A stretch of DNA of 64,000 nt from an uncultured Rhabdochlamydiaceae bacterium (GTDB taxonomy: Bacteria; Chlamydiota; Chlamydiia; Chlamydiales; Rhabdochlamydiaceae): the NCBI GenBank assembly GCA_963712275.1, contig CAVQHD010000001.1, positions 1,376,001 through 1,440,000 on the forward strand, written 5' to 3'. A program made the position numbers and the translations under genes. The notes under the pieces are model-generated. The model saw nothing but the letters and a program-made list of their open reading frames with translations. It was not told where the DNA came from and ran no database searches. Of the stretch, positions 48,263-58,021 are shown piece by piece. How positions within the stretch are numbered: the stretch's first letter is position 1; the number at the start of each line of letters is the position of its first letter.

Positions 48263-49498
48263 AAGTTGGACGATTTCAATCCCAGTCTCAGGAGGGCATG
48301 GATTCACATTTGTTTTACCCAGCAGATAATCAGAAGCATAGCTGAGGTGCTTTCCCATGGAATCATCTGGGATTTCTTCTATCAGCCTATCCAATGCTCC
48401 ATTCATAAAAACGGCAATTTTCCCAATAGATCGAGGAGCGTCTGGCACCGGTTCGTAAAAACCGAGAACGCGGTAAGCATCTCCTTTTGGAGAAAGTCCT
48501 TCAATAGCGATTACTCGATACCTGGTAAGCGTGTCATGCTCTTCAATTGTCTTAAGTGCGTAGGGAGGGTATCGATTTTTGATTGTTCCATCCATGGAGG
48601 AGAAAAGGTTGATATAGAGTTGACCTGAGGGAGTTGCAAAAGTCGCTTTGGAGGCCAAATTCGATGATTTTTGGGCAGGGCTGGTTTCTGCGCAAATTGA
48701 CATACTCGGCTCAGAGTAGGCTATTTGCGCAGAATCCGGATCCTGCTCAAAAAGCGCGGATTTGGCCCCAAATCGGAGTTTTGCAACCCCCTCTATCTTA
48801 TATTCGATATTGGCAGAACCCTGATTGGGTAAGTTAAGTGAAGTAATGTCTGTGTAATGAACCGAAAGAGGTTTAGGCGGTAGAGCAAGCTGCATCGAGT
48901 GTAAAAAACTCTGTAGAATTGTAACGATATGGGTTCCTTCATAAGCAAAGGCCCCATTGGAATCGATGTATCTCCCTTTTTTGAAATCGACAATCCGATT
49001 TTTATCCATTTCAATGACGATTTTTCGAGGTGTGAGTTGAAGAGATTCAAAAGCGATTTTTCGAACCGCTTCAGAGATTTGTGAACTCAAGTAATTTTCA
49101 TTGACAACGATAGATCCTTGAAATGTTTTTAAGAGGGTTTGAAGTTCCGGGATTTGATGTTCCATGCAAATGGGTTTTTCAACGATCATGCGGGCTTTTG
49201 GATCGAGGCGGATGATCTCTTTGATGACGTTAAGGTGCTCAGCGGGAGGAGTACAAATATCCCAAAAGCTTGGCTCAGCTTGCAGCGCTTCCTCGTACGA
49301 GTTAAAACAACGAAGGCCTTTCGATGCAGCCGCCATTTGTTTGGCAGGATCAATATCGATAATCCCCAGCGTCTTAACGCCATGCTGTTTAAGCTTATTC
49401 TCATGGACAGGGGCAACAGTTCCATATCCAATTCTAACGCAGCCCGGTTCGGCTGATAGGGTGAAAGTGATCATTAAAAGAATGATAAACTGTTTCAT
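48227..49498 (-). CDS. Gfo/Idh/MocA family oxidoreductase carrying an in-frame palindromic-element insert
   Basis: IGYGTV, ICTPPAEH and IVEKP motifs; insert at 48627-48793. Confidence 0.75.
   Translation of the reverse strand: MKQFIILLMITFTLSAEPGCVRIGYGTVAPVHENKLKQHGVKTLGIIDIDPAKQMAAASKGLRCFNSYEEALQAEPSFWDICTPPAEHLNVIKEIIRLDPKARMIVEKPICMEHQIPELQTLLKTFQGSIVVNENYLSSQISEAVRKIAFESLQLTPRKIVIEMDKNRIVDFKKGRYIDSNGAFAYEGTHIVTILQSFLHSMQLALPPKPLSVHYTDITSLNLPNQGSANIEYKIEGVAKLRFGAKSALFEQDPDSAQIAYSEPSMSICAETSPAQKSSNLASKATFATPSGQLYINLFSSMDGTIKNRYPPYALKTIEEHDTLTRYRVIAIEGLSPKGDAYRVLGFYEPVPDAPRSIGKIAVFMNGALDRLIEEIPDDSMGKHLSYASDYLLGKTNVNPCPPETGIEIVQLLETMLPSPKAK
48627..48793 (-). mobile_element. 167-bp palindromic MITE-like element, copy B (in frame in CDS)
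   Basis: Nine mismatches versus copy A by manual alignment; read in the same frame. Confidence 0.92.
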
Positions 49499-50592
49499 AT
49501 AATAATTTCCTCCGCAACAGAGTCATAGAATAACTGGCCTTGCTCTGTTAAAGCAATCGAAAAAGGAGTAAGAGTAATCCACCCTTTCATCTCAAGACGA
49601 TGGAGAAGCGCGGCATCGACAGGAAATTCTAAGCGGGGAGCGCCTTCCGCCATTCGGAGGCGAATAGCCAGCTTTTCATGAAGGCTTGCAAGAGGGGAGA
49701 GCTTTTCTTCAAAATCTCGCGGAAGGAGCTCTTGCTGAAGCAAAGCGAGATATTTTTTAAGATGGCAGACATTGCGGCTTCTGGCTCCATTCCAATAGCT
49801 AAAAGCAGAAGGGCCCAGTCCTAAAAAGGGGCGGCCTGTCCAATATCCTGTATTGTGCAAGGAGGCATAGCCCGGTTTGGCAAAGGCGGAAATCTCATAC
49901 CGCTTAAGCCCCATTTTTTTGAAGGAAAGAAGGGATGCCTCTAACATCGCAAGACTTTCTTCTGGGGATGGGAGAAAAGGGGAGAGCGCCTTCTGTTTTT
50001 TATGAAAGAGGGCTCCTGGTTCAAAGGTGAGATTATAGAGGGAAAGGTGGGTGATGGGAAGATGGGAGACCTCATCTAATGTCGCCTGCCAAATTTTTAC
50101 CGTCTGCCCAGGGATTTCGTACATGAGGTCGATGGTTATGTTGGAGATGCCGGCAGCTCTGGTAAGGTGAACAGCTTCAATTCCTTTTTGAGCGGTGTGG
50201 CTCCGGCCCAATGTTTTGAGAAGAGGGTTGTCAAGCGACTGAAGTCCAAGGCTGATGCGGCTAACTCCAACGTCTCGAAAAGCCTGCATGCGCTCTAGCG
50301 TTACATCGTCTGGATTTGCCTCTAAAGAGACTTCTGCTCCTGCCGGAGGATCAATCCATCTTAAAATTTGGCCTATCGAATCAGCCCCAAGCAAAGAAGG
50401 GGTTCCGCCTCCAAAGTAGACAGAAACAATTTTTTTTCCCTTGAGCTGCGGCTGGATCAAATCCCATTCTTTTTTAAGACCCTCAAGAAAAAGAGCATGA
50501 GAAGGGAGATAGTTAGGAAGAACAAAAAAATGGCAATAGGGACACTTTTGTTTGCAAAAAGGAACATGAATATAGAGCGAGATATCTACCAA
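49495..50592 (-). CDS. hemW: Radical SAM heme chaperone HemW (HemN-like)
   Basis: LYIHVPFCKQKCPYC, YFGGGTPS, EANP, YEISAF and HNTGYW motifs. Confidence 0.9.
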   Translation of the reverse strand: MVDISLYIHVPFCKQKCPYCHFFVLPNYLPSHALFLEGLKKEWDLIQPQLKGKKIVSVYFGGGTPSLLGADSIGQILRWIDPPAGAEVSLEANPDDVTLERMQAFRDVGVSRISLGLQSLDNPLLKTLGRSHTAQKGIEAVHLTRAAGISNITIDLMYEIPGQTVKIWQATLDEVSHLPITHLSLYNLTFEPGALFHKKQKALSPFLPSPEESLAMLEASLLSFKKMGLKRYEISAFAKPGYASLHNTGYWTGRPFLGLGPSAFSYWNGARSRNVCHLKKYLALLQQELLPRDFEEKLSPLASLHEKLAIRLRMAEGAPRLEFPVDAALLHRLEMKGWITLTPFSIALTEQGQLFYDSVAEEIII

Positions 50593-51065
50593 CTGTCTGC
50601 ATCCGGATCTTCAAGCACCCCCCGCTTCCATCGGTTCCGGTCGCTAAAAGGGTCTTCCTCTCCTTCATCTTCATCGGCAGCAGCCTCTTCTTCTACTAAA
50701 ACGCTTCCTTCAGTTCCGCTTTCTGTTTCATCCCCGGCAGAGGTTTCAACATCGTACGATTCACTTTCAGTATCAAGGCCAAAGTCAGTCAGCCCTTCTT
50801 CAGGCATTTCAATATCGGGCATGCTAGCTGTATCTGGGAAGGCTTGACGCGTGTGGGGAGACCGCTTGGGAGGAGCATACTCTTCCATTGCGCCGCTTTC
50901 TTTTAGAAAGCGAAGCCTTTCTTTTTCTTCTTGGATTTTTTCTTTAAGCAAAATAATTTCGCTCTTGTGTTTTTCAAGGTCTTTCTTGGGAACAAGGCCC
51001 AATTTCAACCATTGGTCAAGATCGTTTAGCTCTACTTCGAGTTTTCTCAATCGTTCACTTTTCAT
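50586..51065 (-). CDS. Conserved chlamydial acidic protein (CT053-like)
   Basis: MKSERL.KLE.EL.DL.QW..LGLVPKK N-terminus, acidic tail and position between hemW and sucA. Confidence 0.75.
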   Translation of the reverse strand: MKSERLRKLEVELNDLDQWLKLGLVPKKDLEKHKSEIILLKEKIQEEKERLRFLKESGAMEEYAPPKRSPHTRQAFPDTASMPDIEMPEEGLTDFGLDTESESYDVETSAGDETESGTEGSVLVEEEAAADEDEGEEDPFSDRNRWKRGVLEDPDADSW

Positions 51066-51212
51066 AAGGCCTTATAATCCTTGCTGCTTTTGAACTCTTT
51101 ACTGGACGTAGGACATTTTATGCAAGGATCCAAAATTATTTCGAACGGTTTATTTATTCACAAGAAAATAGTTCTCTATGGTAACCAAAGGAAAGGAGTA
51201 TAAAGAAATAAA

Positions 51213-53858
51213 TTGGAATTCTCTTTTTCAAATCTAGCTTACGTAGGCGAGCAGTATCAGAGGTTTTTGCTAAGTCCTGAAAGCGTGGAGCCTTCGTGGA
51301 GATATTTTTTTGAAGGGTGGCAGCTAGCGAAAAAGACTGGACAAGAGGCCAGACAGGAGACAAGCTGCGCAGATTTAAATGTCGATCATTTAATTCAAGC
51401 CTACCGGACCTATGGGCATCTGAAAGCCCGTTTCAACTGCCTGCAGACAGAGGTAGCTTTGCAAATCCCCGAGCTCTCTTATCAAACTTATGGGTTTCAG
51501 GAGAGTGATTTAAATCGCCTTTACACAGCAGCGGGTAAAGAAACCCCTTTGCATGAAATCATTGCAACGCTCGAGAAAATCTACTGCGGCTCGATAGGAT
51601 TTGAATACATGAGCATTCAAAATCCAGGGCTGCAGCAGTGGATTCAAACGGCCCTCGAAACCGATTTGCGGGCTCCTTTCACAGCTGAGCAAAAGCAAGA
51701 TATTTTTCATGATCTCAATCGAGCAGAGCTTTTTGAGACATTTTTACACACTAAATATGTTGGGCAAAAACGGTTTTCTCTAGAGGGAGGAGAGACCCTT
51801 ATTCCCATGCTCAAGATGATGGTCGAGACGGCTGCTTTAGAGGGGATTCATGAAGTGGTGTTAGGAATGGCCCACCGCGGCAGATTGAATGTGCTTGCGA
51901 ATCTTCTCAATAAATCGTATGACGCGATCTTTCACGAGTTTGAAGACCATTATACTCCCGATCTTTATGAGGGGACAGGGGATGTCAAATACCACCGAGG
52001 ATTTACAGGAGCTCTGAGCACAAAACAAGGGCAGCAGGTGGTTGTGACTTTGTCTGCGAACCCAAGCCATTTGGAAGCTGTCGACCCTGTTGTAGAAGGG
52101 CAGGCAAGAGCTAAACAGGAGATTCGAGGGGTAGCCGAAGTGATTCCTATCCTGATCCATGGAGACGCATCGATTGCAGGGCAAGGAGTTGTCTACGAGA
52201 CGCTTCAACTGAGCAAGCTCGTTGGGTACCAAACAGGTGGAACCGTTCACATCGTTGTCAACAACCAAATCGGTTTTACAGCGATTCCAAAAGATACCCG
52301 CTCGACACGGTACTGCACCGATATTGCGCTCGCATTTGGAGCTCCCGTCTTCCATGTAAATGCCGAAGATCCTGAAGCGTGCGTCTATGTAGCAGTGCTT
52401 GCGCTAAAAATTCGGCAGACGTTTAAAATTGATGTCTTTATCGACCTTAACTGCTACCGAAAATATGGGCATAATGAAAGCGATGAACCCCTCTTTACGC
52501 AGCCGCTCCAATATGAAAAAATTAAGCAGAAAAAAACCATTCGGAAACTCTACCTTGAACACCTTCTTGCTGAAGGCATTTTAGACCAAGTTCATATTGA
52601 TCAAGTAGAAGATCAATTTCGAATAGAGCTTCAAAAAGCTTTGGATCAGGTCTCATCCCAAGGCTTATCAAAGGCTCCCGCTCCAACACGACAGGCCCCT
52701 GTAAAAGAGCTAACCTACCAACAAAGGTCTCTTTCCGTCCCATTTCTTCAAGGTCTGGCAAAAGAGTTTTGCCAGATCCCAGAAGGGTTTAACCTGCACC
52801 CCAAAGTCCGCAAGCTTCAAGAAGAGCGGCTTTCCATGGTAGCCGACCCTCAGGCATCTAAGATCGATTGGGGAATGGGCGAGCATCTTGCCTACGCCTC
52901 TCTTTTAGCAGAAGGGGTCCATGTGCGCCTCTCTGGGCAAGATTCCCGCCGAGGGACATTTTCCCACCGGCACGCCGTTTGGGTAGATCAGACGACAGAG
53001 AAGCGGTATTTTCCTCTATCTCACCTCAAGACAAGTCAAGCTCTTTTCGACGTCTACAACTCATCGCTATCAGAATTTGCCGTTCTAGGGTTTGAGTTTG
53101 GCTACAGCCTCTCTTATCCTCAGGCTTTAGTGATCTGGGAAGCGCAGTTTGGCGATTTTGCCAATGGCGCTCAGGTCGTGATCGACCAGTTTATCGCAAG
53201 CTCCGAGCAGAAATGGGGGCATCACTGCGGTCTTGTCCTTTTCCTCCCCCACGGATATGAAGGGCAGGGGCCCGAACATTCATCGGCCCGGCTAGAGCGT
53301 TTCTTGCAACTTTCAGGCGATGGGAATTGGACTGTCGCAAGCTGCACAACCCCCGCCCAGCTCTTCCACCTCCTTCGGAAGCAGGCCCTTCAAAAACCGA
53401 CATGCCCCCTCATTCTCATGACGCCAAAAGGGCTTTTACGCCATCCCGCTTGCCACTCCTCCCTGGAAGAGTTTGCGCAAGGGATCTTTCAGCAGGTCCT
53501 CATTGACTCAACGATTTCCTCCCAAAACCTCAGAAGAGTCATTTTGTGCAGCGGAAAAGTATACTATGACCTCCTTGCAGCACGCCCCAAAGCAGATATA
53601 GCCCTTGTTCGGCTAGAGCAGCTCTACCCTTTTCCACAGGAAAAAATCAAAGAGGCGCTCCAGACCTATGCAGGAGCAGCAGAGTGGTGCTGGCTCCAGG
53701 AAGAGCATCAGAACATGGGCGCCTGGCATTACGTAGAGCCTCAGTTCCCCCAGTCTCTACGGTATATCGGCCGCGGACCCAGCAGCTCAACTGCCGCAGG
53801 GTCGTACGCTCTTCATAAAAAGCAGCTTAACCAATTTATTCAGGAGGCGTTTCAGTGA
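51213..53858 (+). CDS. sucA: 2-oxoglutarate dehydrogenase E1
   Basis: [32 protein letters not shown] and GQGPEHSS motifs. Confidence 0.97.
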   Translation: MEFSFSNLAYVGEQYQRFLLSPESVEPSWRYFFEGWQLAKKTGQEARQETSCADLNVDHLIQAYRTYGHLKARFNCLQTEVALQIPELSYQTYGFQESDLNRLYTAAGKETPLHEIIATLEKIYCGSIGFEYMSIQNPGLQQWIQTALETDLRAPFTAEQKQDIFHDLNRAELFETFLHTKYVGQKRFSLEGGETLIPMLKMMVETAALEGIHEVVLGMAHRGRLNVLANLLNKSYDAIFHEFEDHYTPDLYEGTGDVKYHRGFTGALSTKQGQQVVVTLSANPSHLEAVDPVVEGQARAKQEIRGVAEVIPILIHGDASIAGQGVVYETLQLSKLVGYQTGGTVHIVVNNQIGFTAIPKDTRSTRYCTDIALAFGAPVFHVNAEDPEACVYVAVLALKIRQTFKIDVFIDLNCYRKYGHNESDEPLFTQPLQYEKIKQKKTIRKLYLEHLLAEGILDQVHIDQVEDQFRIELQKALDQVSSQGLSKAPAPTRQAPVKELTYQQRSLSVPFLQGLAKEFCQIPEGFNLHPKVRKLQEERLSMVADPQASKIDWGMGEHLAYASLLAEGVHVRLSGQDSRRGTFSHRHAVWVDQTTEKRYFPLSHLKTSQALFDVYNSSLSEFAVLGFEFGYSLSYPQALVIWEAQFGDFANGAQVVIDQFIASSEQKWGHHCGLVLFLPHGYEGQGPEHSSARLERFLQLSGDGNWTVASCTTPAQLFHLLRKQALQKPTCPLILMTPKGLLRHPACHSSLEEFAQGIFQQVLIDSTISSQNLRRVILCSGKVYYDLLAARPKADIALVRLEQLYPFPQEKIKEALQTYAGAAEWCWLQEEHQNMGAWHYVEPQFPQSLRYIGRGPSSSTAAGSYALHKKQLNQFIQEAFQ

Positions 53859-54922
53859 AAGTCGACATTAAAGTTCCTTCGATGGGAGAGTCGGTCACAA
53901 GTGCTGTCATCAGTCGGATGATCGTCTCTTCAGGATCTATCGTCCGGCAAGATCAAGAGATTATAGAGCTTGAAACCGACAAAGTGAACCAGGTTCTCTA
54001 TGCCCCGGAAGCAGGGCAATTGCACCTGACTGTTCAAGTGGGTCAAACGGTTCAAATTGGAGAGTTAATCGGCACCGTGGACACAGCCGCCGCAGGCCAG
54101 CCTTCTTCTACTCCTCTCCCAGTTCCTTCCAAGCCATCCTCCGAGCCTTCCGTCCGCATCACCCCCGCAGAAACCGTAGCGAACCTGAAACAGAGCCCTC
54201 CGCCGCCCGTGCAATCTAAACCTGCGACCTCCGAGCGCCATCGGATGAGCAGCCTCAGAAAGACCATTGCACAAAGGCTTGTTGAAGTGAAGAACCAAAC
54301 AGCCATGCTCACCACCTTTAATGAAGTCGATATGACCCAAATTATCGACATCCGTGCCCGAGAAAAGGAGAATTTTCAAACCCGTTATGGAGTCAAGCTT
54401 GGGTTCATGTCTTTTTTCGTTAAAGCAGCCGTGAGCGCTCTCAAGATATTTTCAAATGTCCATGCCTCTATCGAAGGAGATGATATTGTCCAATTTTTAG
54501 CCTACGATATCGGCGTTGCAGTCTCCACTGATAAAGGTTTAATGGTTCCAGTGATTCGTGGATGCGATACAGCCTCCTTTGGGGAGATTGAAAAACAAAT
54601 TGAAATGTATGCGAAAAAAGCTCGAGAAGCAGCAATTACCATGGACGATCTTCGAGGCGGCTGTTTTACCATTACCAATGGAGGGGTATTCGGCTCTCTT
54701 CTTTCAACTCCCATTTTAAATCCTCCGCAAAGCGGCATCCTTGGAATGCACTCGATTGTTAAGCGGCCTATTGCCATCGCCGATCAGGTCGTCATTCGTC
54801 CGATGATGTATCTAGCCCTCTCTTATGATCACCGCCTCATCGACGGCAAAGAAGCCGTCCAGTTTCTTGTTCATATGAAAGAGCACCTCGAAGACCCTTC
54901 CCGCTTACTTCTGGAGTTATGA
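53855..54922 (+). CDS. sucB: Dihydrolipoamide succinyltransferase E2
   Basis: Lipoyl [13 protein letters not shown] and YDHRLIDG motifs. Confidence 0.97.
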   Translation: MKVDIKVPSMGESVTSAVISRMIVSSGSIVRQDQEIIELETDKVNQVLYAPEAGQLHLTVQVGQTVQIGELIGTVDTAAAGQPSSTPLPVPSKPSSEPSVRITPAETVANLKQSPPPPVQSKPATSERHRMSSLRKTIAQRLVEVKNQTAMLTTFNEVDMTQIIDIRAREKENFQTRYGVKLGFMSFFVKAAVSALKIFSNVHASIEGDDIVQFLAYDIGVAVSTDKGLMVPVIRGCDTASFGEIEKQIEMYAKKAREAAITMDDLRGGCFTITNGGVFGSLLSTPILNPPQSGILGMHSIVKRPIAIADQVVIRPMMYLALSYDHRLIDGKEAVQFLVHMKEHLEDPSRLLLEL

Positions 54923-56289
54923 AAAAGTTTGACTTGATTGTGATTGGAGCAGGCCCTGGAGGATATGTAGCTGCCATCCGGGCTGCGCAGTTAGGACTCT
55001 CCGTCGCTTGTATTGATAAGAGAAAAGCGCTTGGCGGCACCTGCCTTAATGTTGGATGCATCCCTTCTAAAACACTTCTGCATACGACAGAGTTCTACTC
55101 GAAAATGACCCATGAAGCCCCCCTCCTCGGACTTAAGGTCGAGCGGTGCTCCTACTCTCTTGCTGAAATCATGGAGAGAAAAAAACAGGTCATCGCAACA
55201 TTTAATGACGGAATCGCCGCGCTTTTCAAAAAAAATAAAATCTCCTTTTTTGAAGGGTCTGCTAAGTTTCTATCACCGACCACCGTTCAGGTCGCAGGAG
55301 AGCCTTTGGAAGCCTCATTTATCGTGATTGCAACAGGTTCTTTCCCAACTCCGCTTCCCTTTCTTCCTTTTGATGAAAAGCAGATTGTCTCATCCACAGG
55401 GGCCCTTGCACTTGCAAACGTTCCTAAAAGACTTGTAATTGTCGGGGCAGGAGTCATTGGAGTTGAGCTCGGCTCTGTCTATAGCCGTTTGGGCAGCCAG
55501 GTGACCTTTCTCGAATTCTTTGACCGCATTTGCCCAGCTTTCGATCCATCTCTTTCCAAAGAGCTGCACCGTCAGCTCACAGCACAGGGAATGAAGTTTT
55601 ACCTTTCGACAAAAGTCACCGGCGCTACTTTAAGCCCGCAAGAAGTGATTCTCAGAACCGAGCAAGGAAATCATGCAGCCGATGTTGTTCTCGTTGCCAT
55701 CGGCCGCCGCCCCTATACGTCAGAGCTTGGACTGCAAACCGTCGGGATTACTCTCACGCCTGCGGGGACCATTTCTATCAATAGTAGATTCCAAACCTCC
55801 ATCCCTTCAATCTATGCCATTGGAGATGTCGTCGATGGCCCGATGCTCGCTCATAAAGCGTCTGAAGAGGGAGTTGCCGTTGCAGAAATTATCGCAGGAC
55901 ACCATCCCACCATCAATTACATCGCGATTCCGAGCGTCGTTTATACCTACCCGGAAGTCGCAGCTGTGGGCCTGACCGAAGAGGAAGCAAAAAAAATGGG
56001 GGTTACCGTCAAACTTGGGCAATTTCCCTTCAAAGTGAATTCAAGAGCCAAATGTACGAGAGAAGAAGAAGGGTTTGTAAAAATGGTCGCCGATCAAGAG
56101 ACCGACCGGCTCTTAGGAGTGCACATCATTGGGGCCCATGCCTCAGAGCTGATTGCCGAAGCTTGCATTGCCTTGCAAAACAAGCTGACAGTTCATGAGC
56201 TCGCCCATACCCCTCATGCCCACCCAACTCTCTCTGAAGCGCTCAAAGAGGCAGCCCTCGCCTTGCATGGACAGGCGATTCATCGATAA
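54919..56289 (+). CDS. lpdA: Dihydrolipoamide dehydrogenase E3
   Basis: [20 protein letters not shown] and HAHPTLSE motifs. Confidence 0.97.
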   Translation: MKKFDLIVIGAGPGGYVAAIRAAQLGLSVACIDKRKALGGTCLNVGCIPSKTLLHTTEFYSKMTHEAPLLGLKVERCSYSLAEIMERKKQVIATFNDGIAALFKKNKISFFEGSAKFLSPTTVQVAGEPLEASFIVIATGSFPTPLPFLPFDEKQIVSSTGALALANVPKRLVIVGAGVIGVELGSVYSRLGSQVTFLEFFDRICPAFDPSLSKELHRQLTAQGMKFYLSTKVTGATLSPQEVILRTEQGNHAADVVLVAIGRRPYTSELGLQTVGITLTPAGTISINSRFQTSIPSIYAIGDVVDGPMLAHKASEEGVAVAEIIAGHHPTINYIAIPSVVYTYPEVAAVGLTEEEAKKMGVTVKLGQFPFKVNSRAKCTREEEGFVKMVADQETDRLLGVHIIGAHASELIAEACIALQNKLTVHELAHTPHAHPTLSEALKEAALALHGQAIHR

Positions 56290-56291
56290 CA

Positions 56292-56600
56292 GAGGGAGCT
56301 CGCAAAACTCCGAATTTTAAAGGTAGAGGAAAAAGATCGGGCAAGGGAACGGGCACGGTAACGTTCACGAAAGAAAAGTCAGTTGAATTTTGCAACTACC
56401 TCGAATATGTTGGAATTTTTGATATATGCCGAAACCTGCGTTTGGTGCAAGAAGCGCAATAAAGCCACGGGCGTAAACTGCTGATACGCCTTGTCTCGAT
56501 ATTAACAAAAATGACTCAGAGGACCTCTTTCGTGAACGTTACCGTGCCCGATCTTTCCTCTGCTCGTAGTTACCCAAATCGGAGTTTTGCGAGCTCCCTC
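56292..56600. mobile_element. 309-bp MITE-like element with termini related to the 167-bp element
   Basis: Perfect 22-bp terminal repeats gagggagctcgcaaaactccga; perfect inner 25-bp inverted repeat (56350-56374 and 56526-56550); flanks aaca / aata. Confidence 0.85.
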
Positions 56601-57159
56601 AATAGTTTTGAGATTTGCCGCAGCTGCAAGACCCCTTGGCGTTAGGATTCATGATTTCAAAGCCCGCCCCTTGAAGACGTTCTCGATAGTTGATCACACA
56701 CCCTTGGAGTTGGGGAAGCATCTGTTTTTCCACATGAATCTCAACCCCTTCCGACACAAACACCATATCTTCGCTACCTGCTTTTTCAGAATACTCAAGA
56801 ATGTATTCAAAGCCGCTGCAGCCTCCAGCTCGGATGCCAAGGCGAAGACCCCAGCCCGTTTTTCCATCCTCTTCCAAAATTTCCCGGTATTTTTCCGCAG
56901 CATACGGAGCTAATGTAATTGTCGAAGTGTCGATTTTTTCTGCTAAGACGGCATTCAAGCGACCCAGCAGTTTTTGTAGATCTTCTTCCGAGAAGCCGTG
57001 ACCTAAAGTCCCTGCTTCCAATGTTTCCCAAACAGCCGCCCCGCATCCGACACAGTTGAGCCCAGCACTGACCATCTCATGAGCCAGACGTTGACTCCTC
57101 TGGGGGAATGTCGTTAAGATTTCTTCAATTGTCATCTCTTTGGTGATTTGATTGTCCAT
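56599..57159 (-). CDS. HesB/IscA iron-sulfur cluster assembly protein with N-terminal DUF1858-like domain
   Basis: GLNCVGC..A..ETLE.G..HG, GGCSGFEY and NPNA.GSCSCGKS motifs. Confidence 0.88.
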   Translation of the reverse strand: MDNQITKEMTIEEILTTFPQRSQRLAHEMVSAGLNCVGCGAAVWETLEAGTLGHGFSEEDLQKLLGRLNAVLAEKIDTSTITLAPYAAEKYREILEEDGKTGWGLRLGIRAGGCSGFEYILEYSEKAGSEDMVFVSEGVEIHVEKQMLPQLQGCVINYRERLQGAGFEIMNPNAKGSCSCGKSQNY

Positions 57160-57168
57160 AACCCTCGC

Positions 57169-57432
57169 CTAAAATTTAATTTTTACACATCCGCCCAGCA
57201 GTTTACACTGGCAGCTTAAACGCTCTTTGCCAGGCTCTCCGAGAAAATCTTTTTCTTCTTGGGTAAAAGGGGAGAGGTTTTCCATACCCTCCTCTACTTC
57301 AATGACGCACGTGCCACAAATTCCTTCCGTGCAAGCGAATGGAACCCCTGCTTCTTCGCAGGCAGAAATAATAGACTCCCCGTCAGGAATTTCGTGCTCT
57401 TCACCACTATGTTCAAAGATCAATTTACCCAT
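57169..57432 (-). CDS. 2Fe-2S ferredoxin
   Basis: ACTEGICGTC ... RLSCQC; ATG at 57432. Confidence 0.92.
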   Translation of the reverse strand: MGKLIFEHSGEEHEIPDGESIISACEEAGVPFACTEGICGTCVIEVEEGMENLSPFTQEEKDFLGEPGKERLSCQCKLLGGCVKIKF

Positions 57433-57556
57433 AGAGAACATTACAGCTGAAGTGCGCCTAAAAGGCAAGAATTACATGTTGGCTATTGCTCTAGCGGCTT
57501 GTCACCTGACCAACCCAACTGGAAATCCATCGAATTTACACTCTTAACAGATTGAA

Positions 57557-57754
57557 CTAAAACAGGTTAAAATCTTCTTCAGAAGAAATCTCTTGGCTAT
57601 TGGAAAGAAGCCCTTCGACCGTCTCCTTGAGTGTTTTAATTCCTTCGGGGAATCCGCATTGAACAAGGACCGTATTGAGACTGCTCAGTTCCGTCTCTAA
57701 TAGATCAATCTGGCTTTCAAGAAAGGCAATTCGGGTTTGAAGGATCTGACTCAT
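57557..57754 (-). CDS. Small coiled-coil hypothetical protein
   Basis: 65-aa ORF with AAGGA RBS; RIA.LES..D.LETEL...CGF.EGI.TLK. Confidence 0.65.
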   Translation of the reverse strand: MSQILQTRIAFLESQIDLLETELSSLNTVLVQCGFPEGIKTLKETVEGLLSNSQEISSEEDFNLF

Positions 57755-58021
57755 ATTAAATTCCTTTTTATTATATCTTCACTTTATATAATTATATTTT
57801 AAACAAAGTATTTAAATACACAAAAATATAATCATTTGTTTAAAATAGCCGCTTTAAAAATAAATCGCTTTTAACTGCTTCATTTTAAACGACTTATAAA
57901 AAATAATATTAATTTCTTGATAAAACCCTTGCTTTAATAATAAAAAATGATTTAATATTACTATTAACACGTTATATAATATTAATCATAAGTTTAATAA
58001 ATAAAATAAGAGGATAATAAT

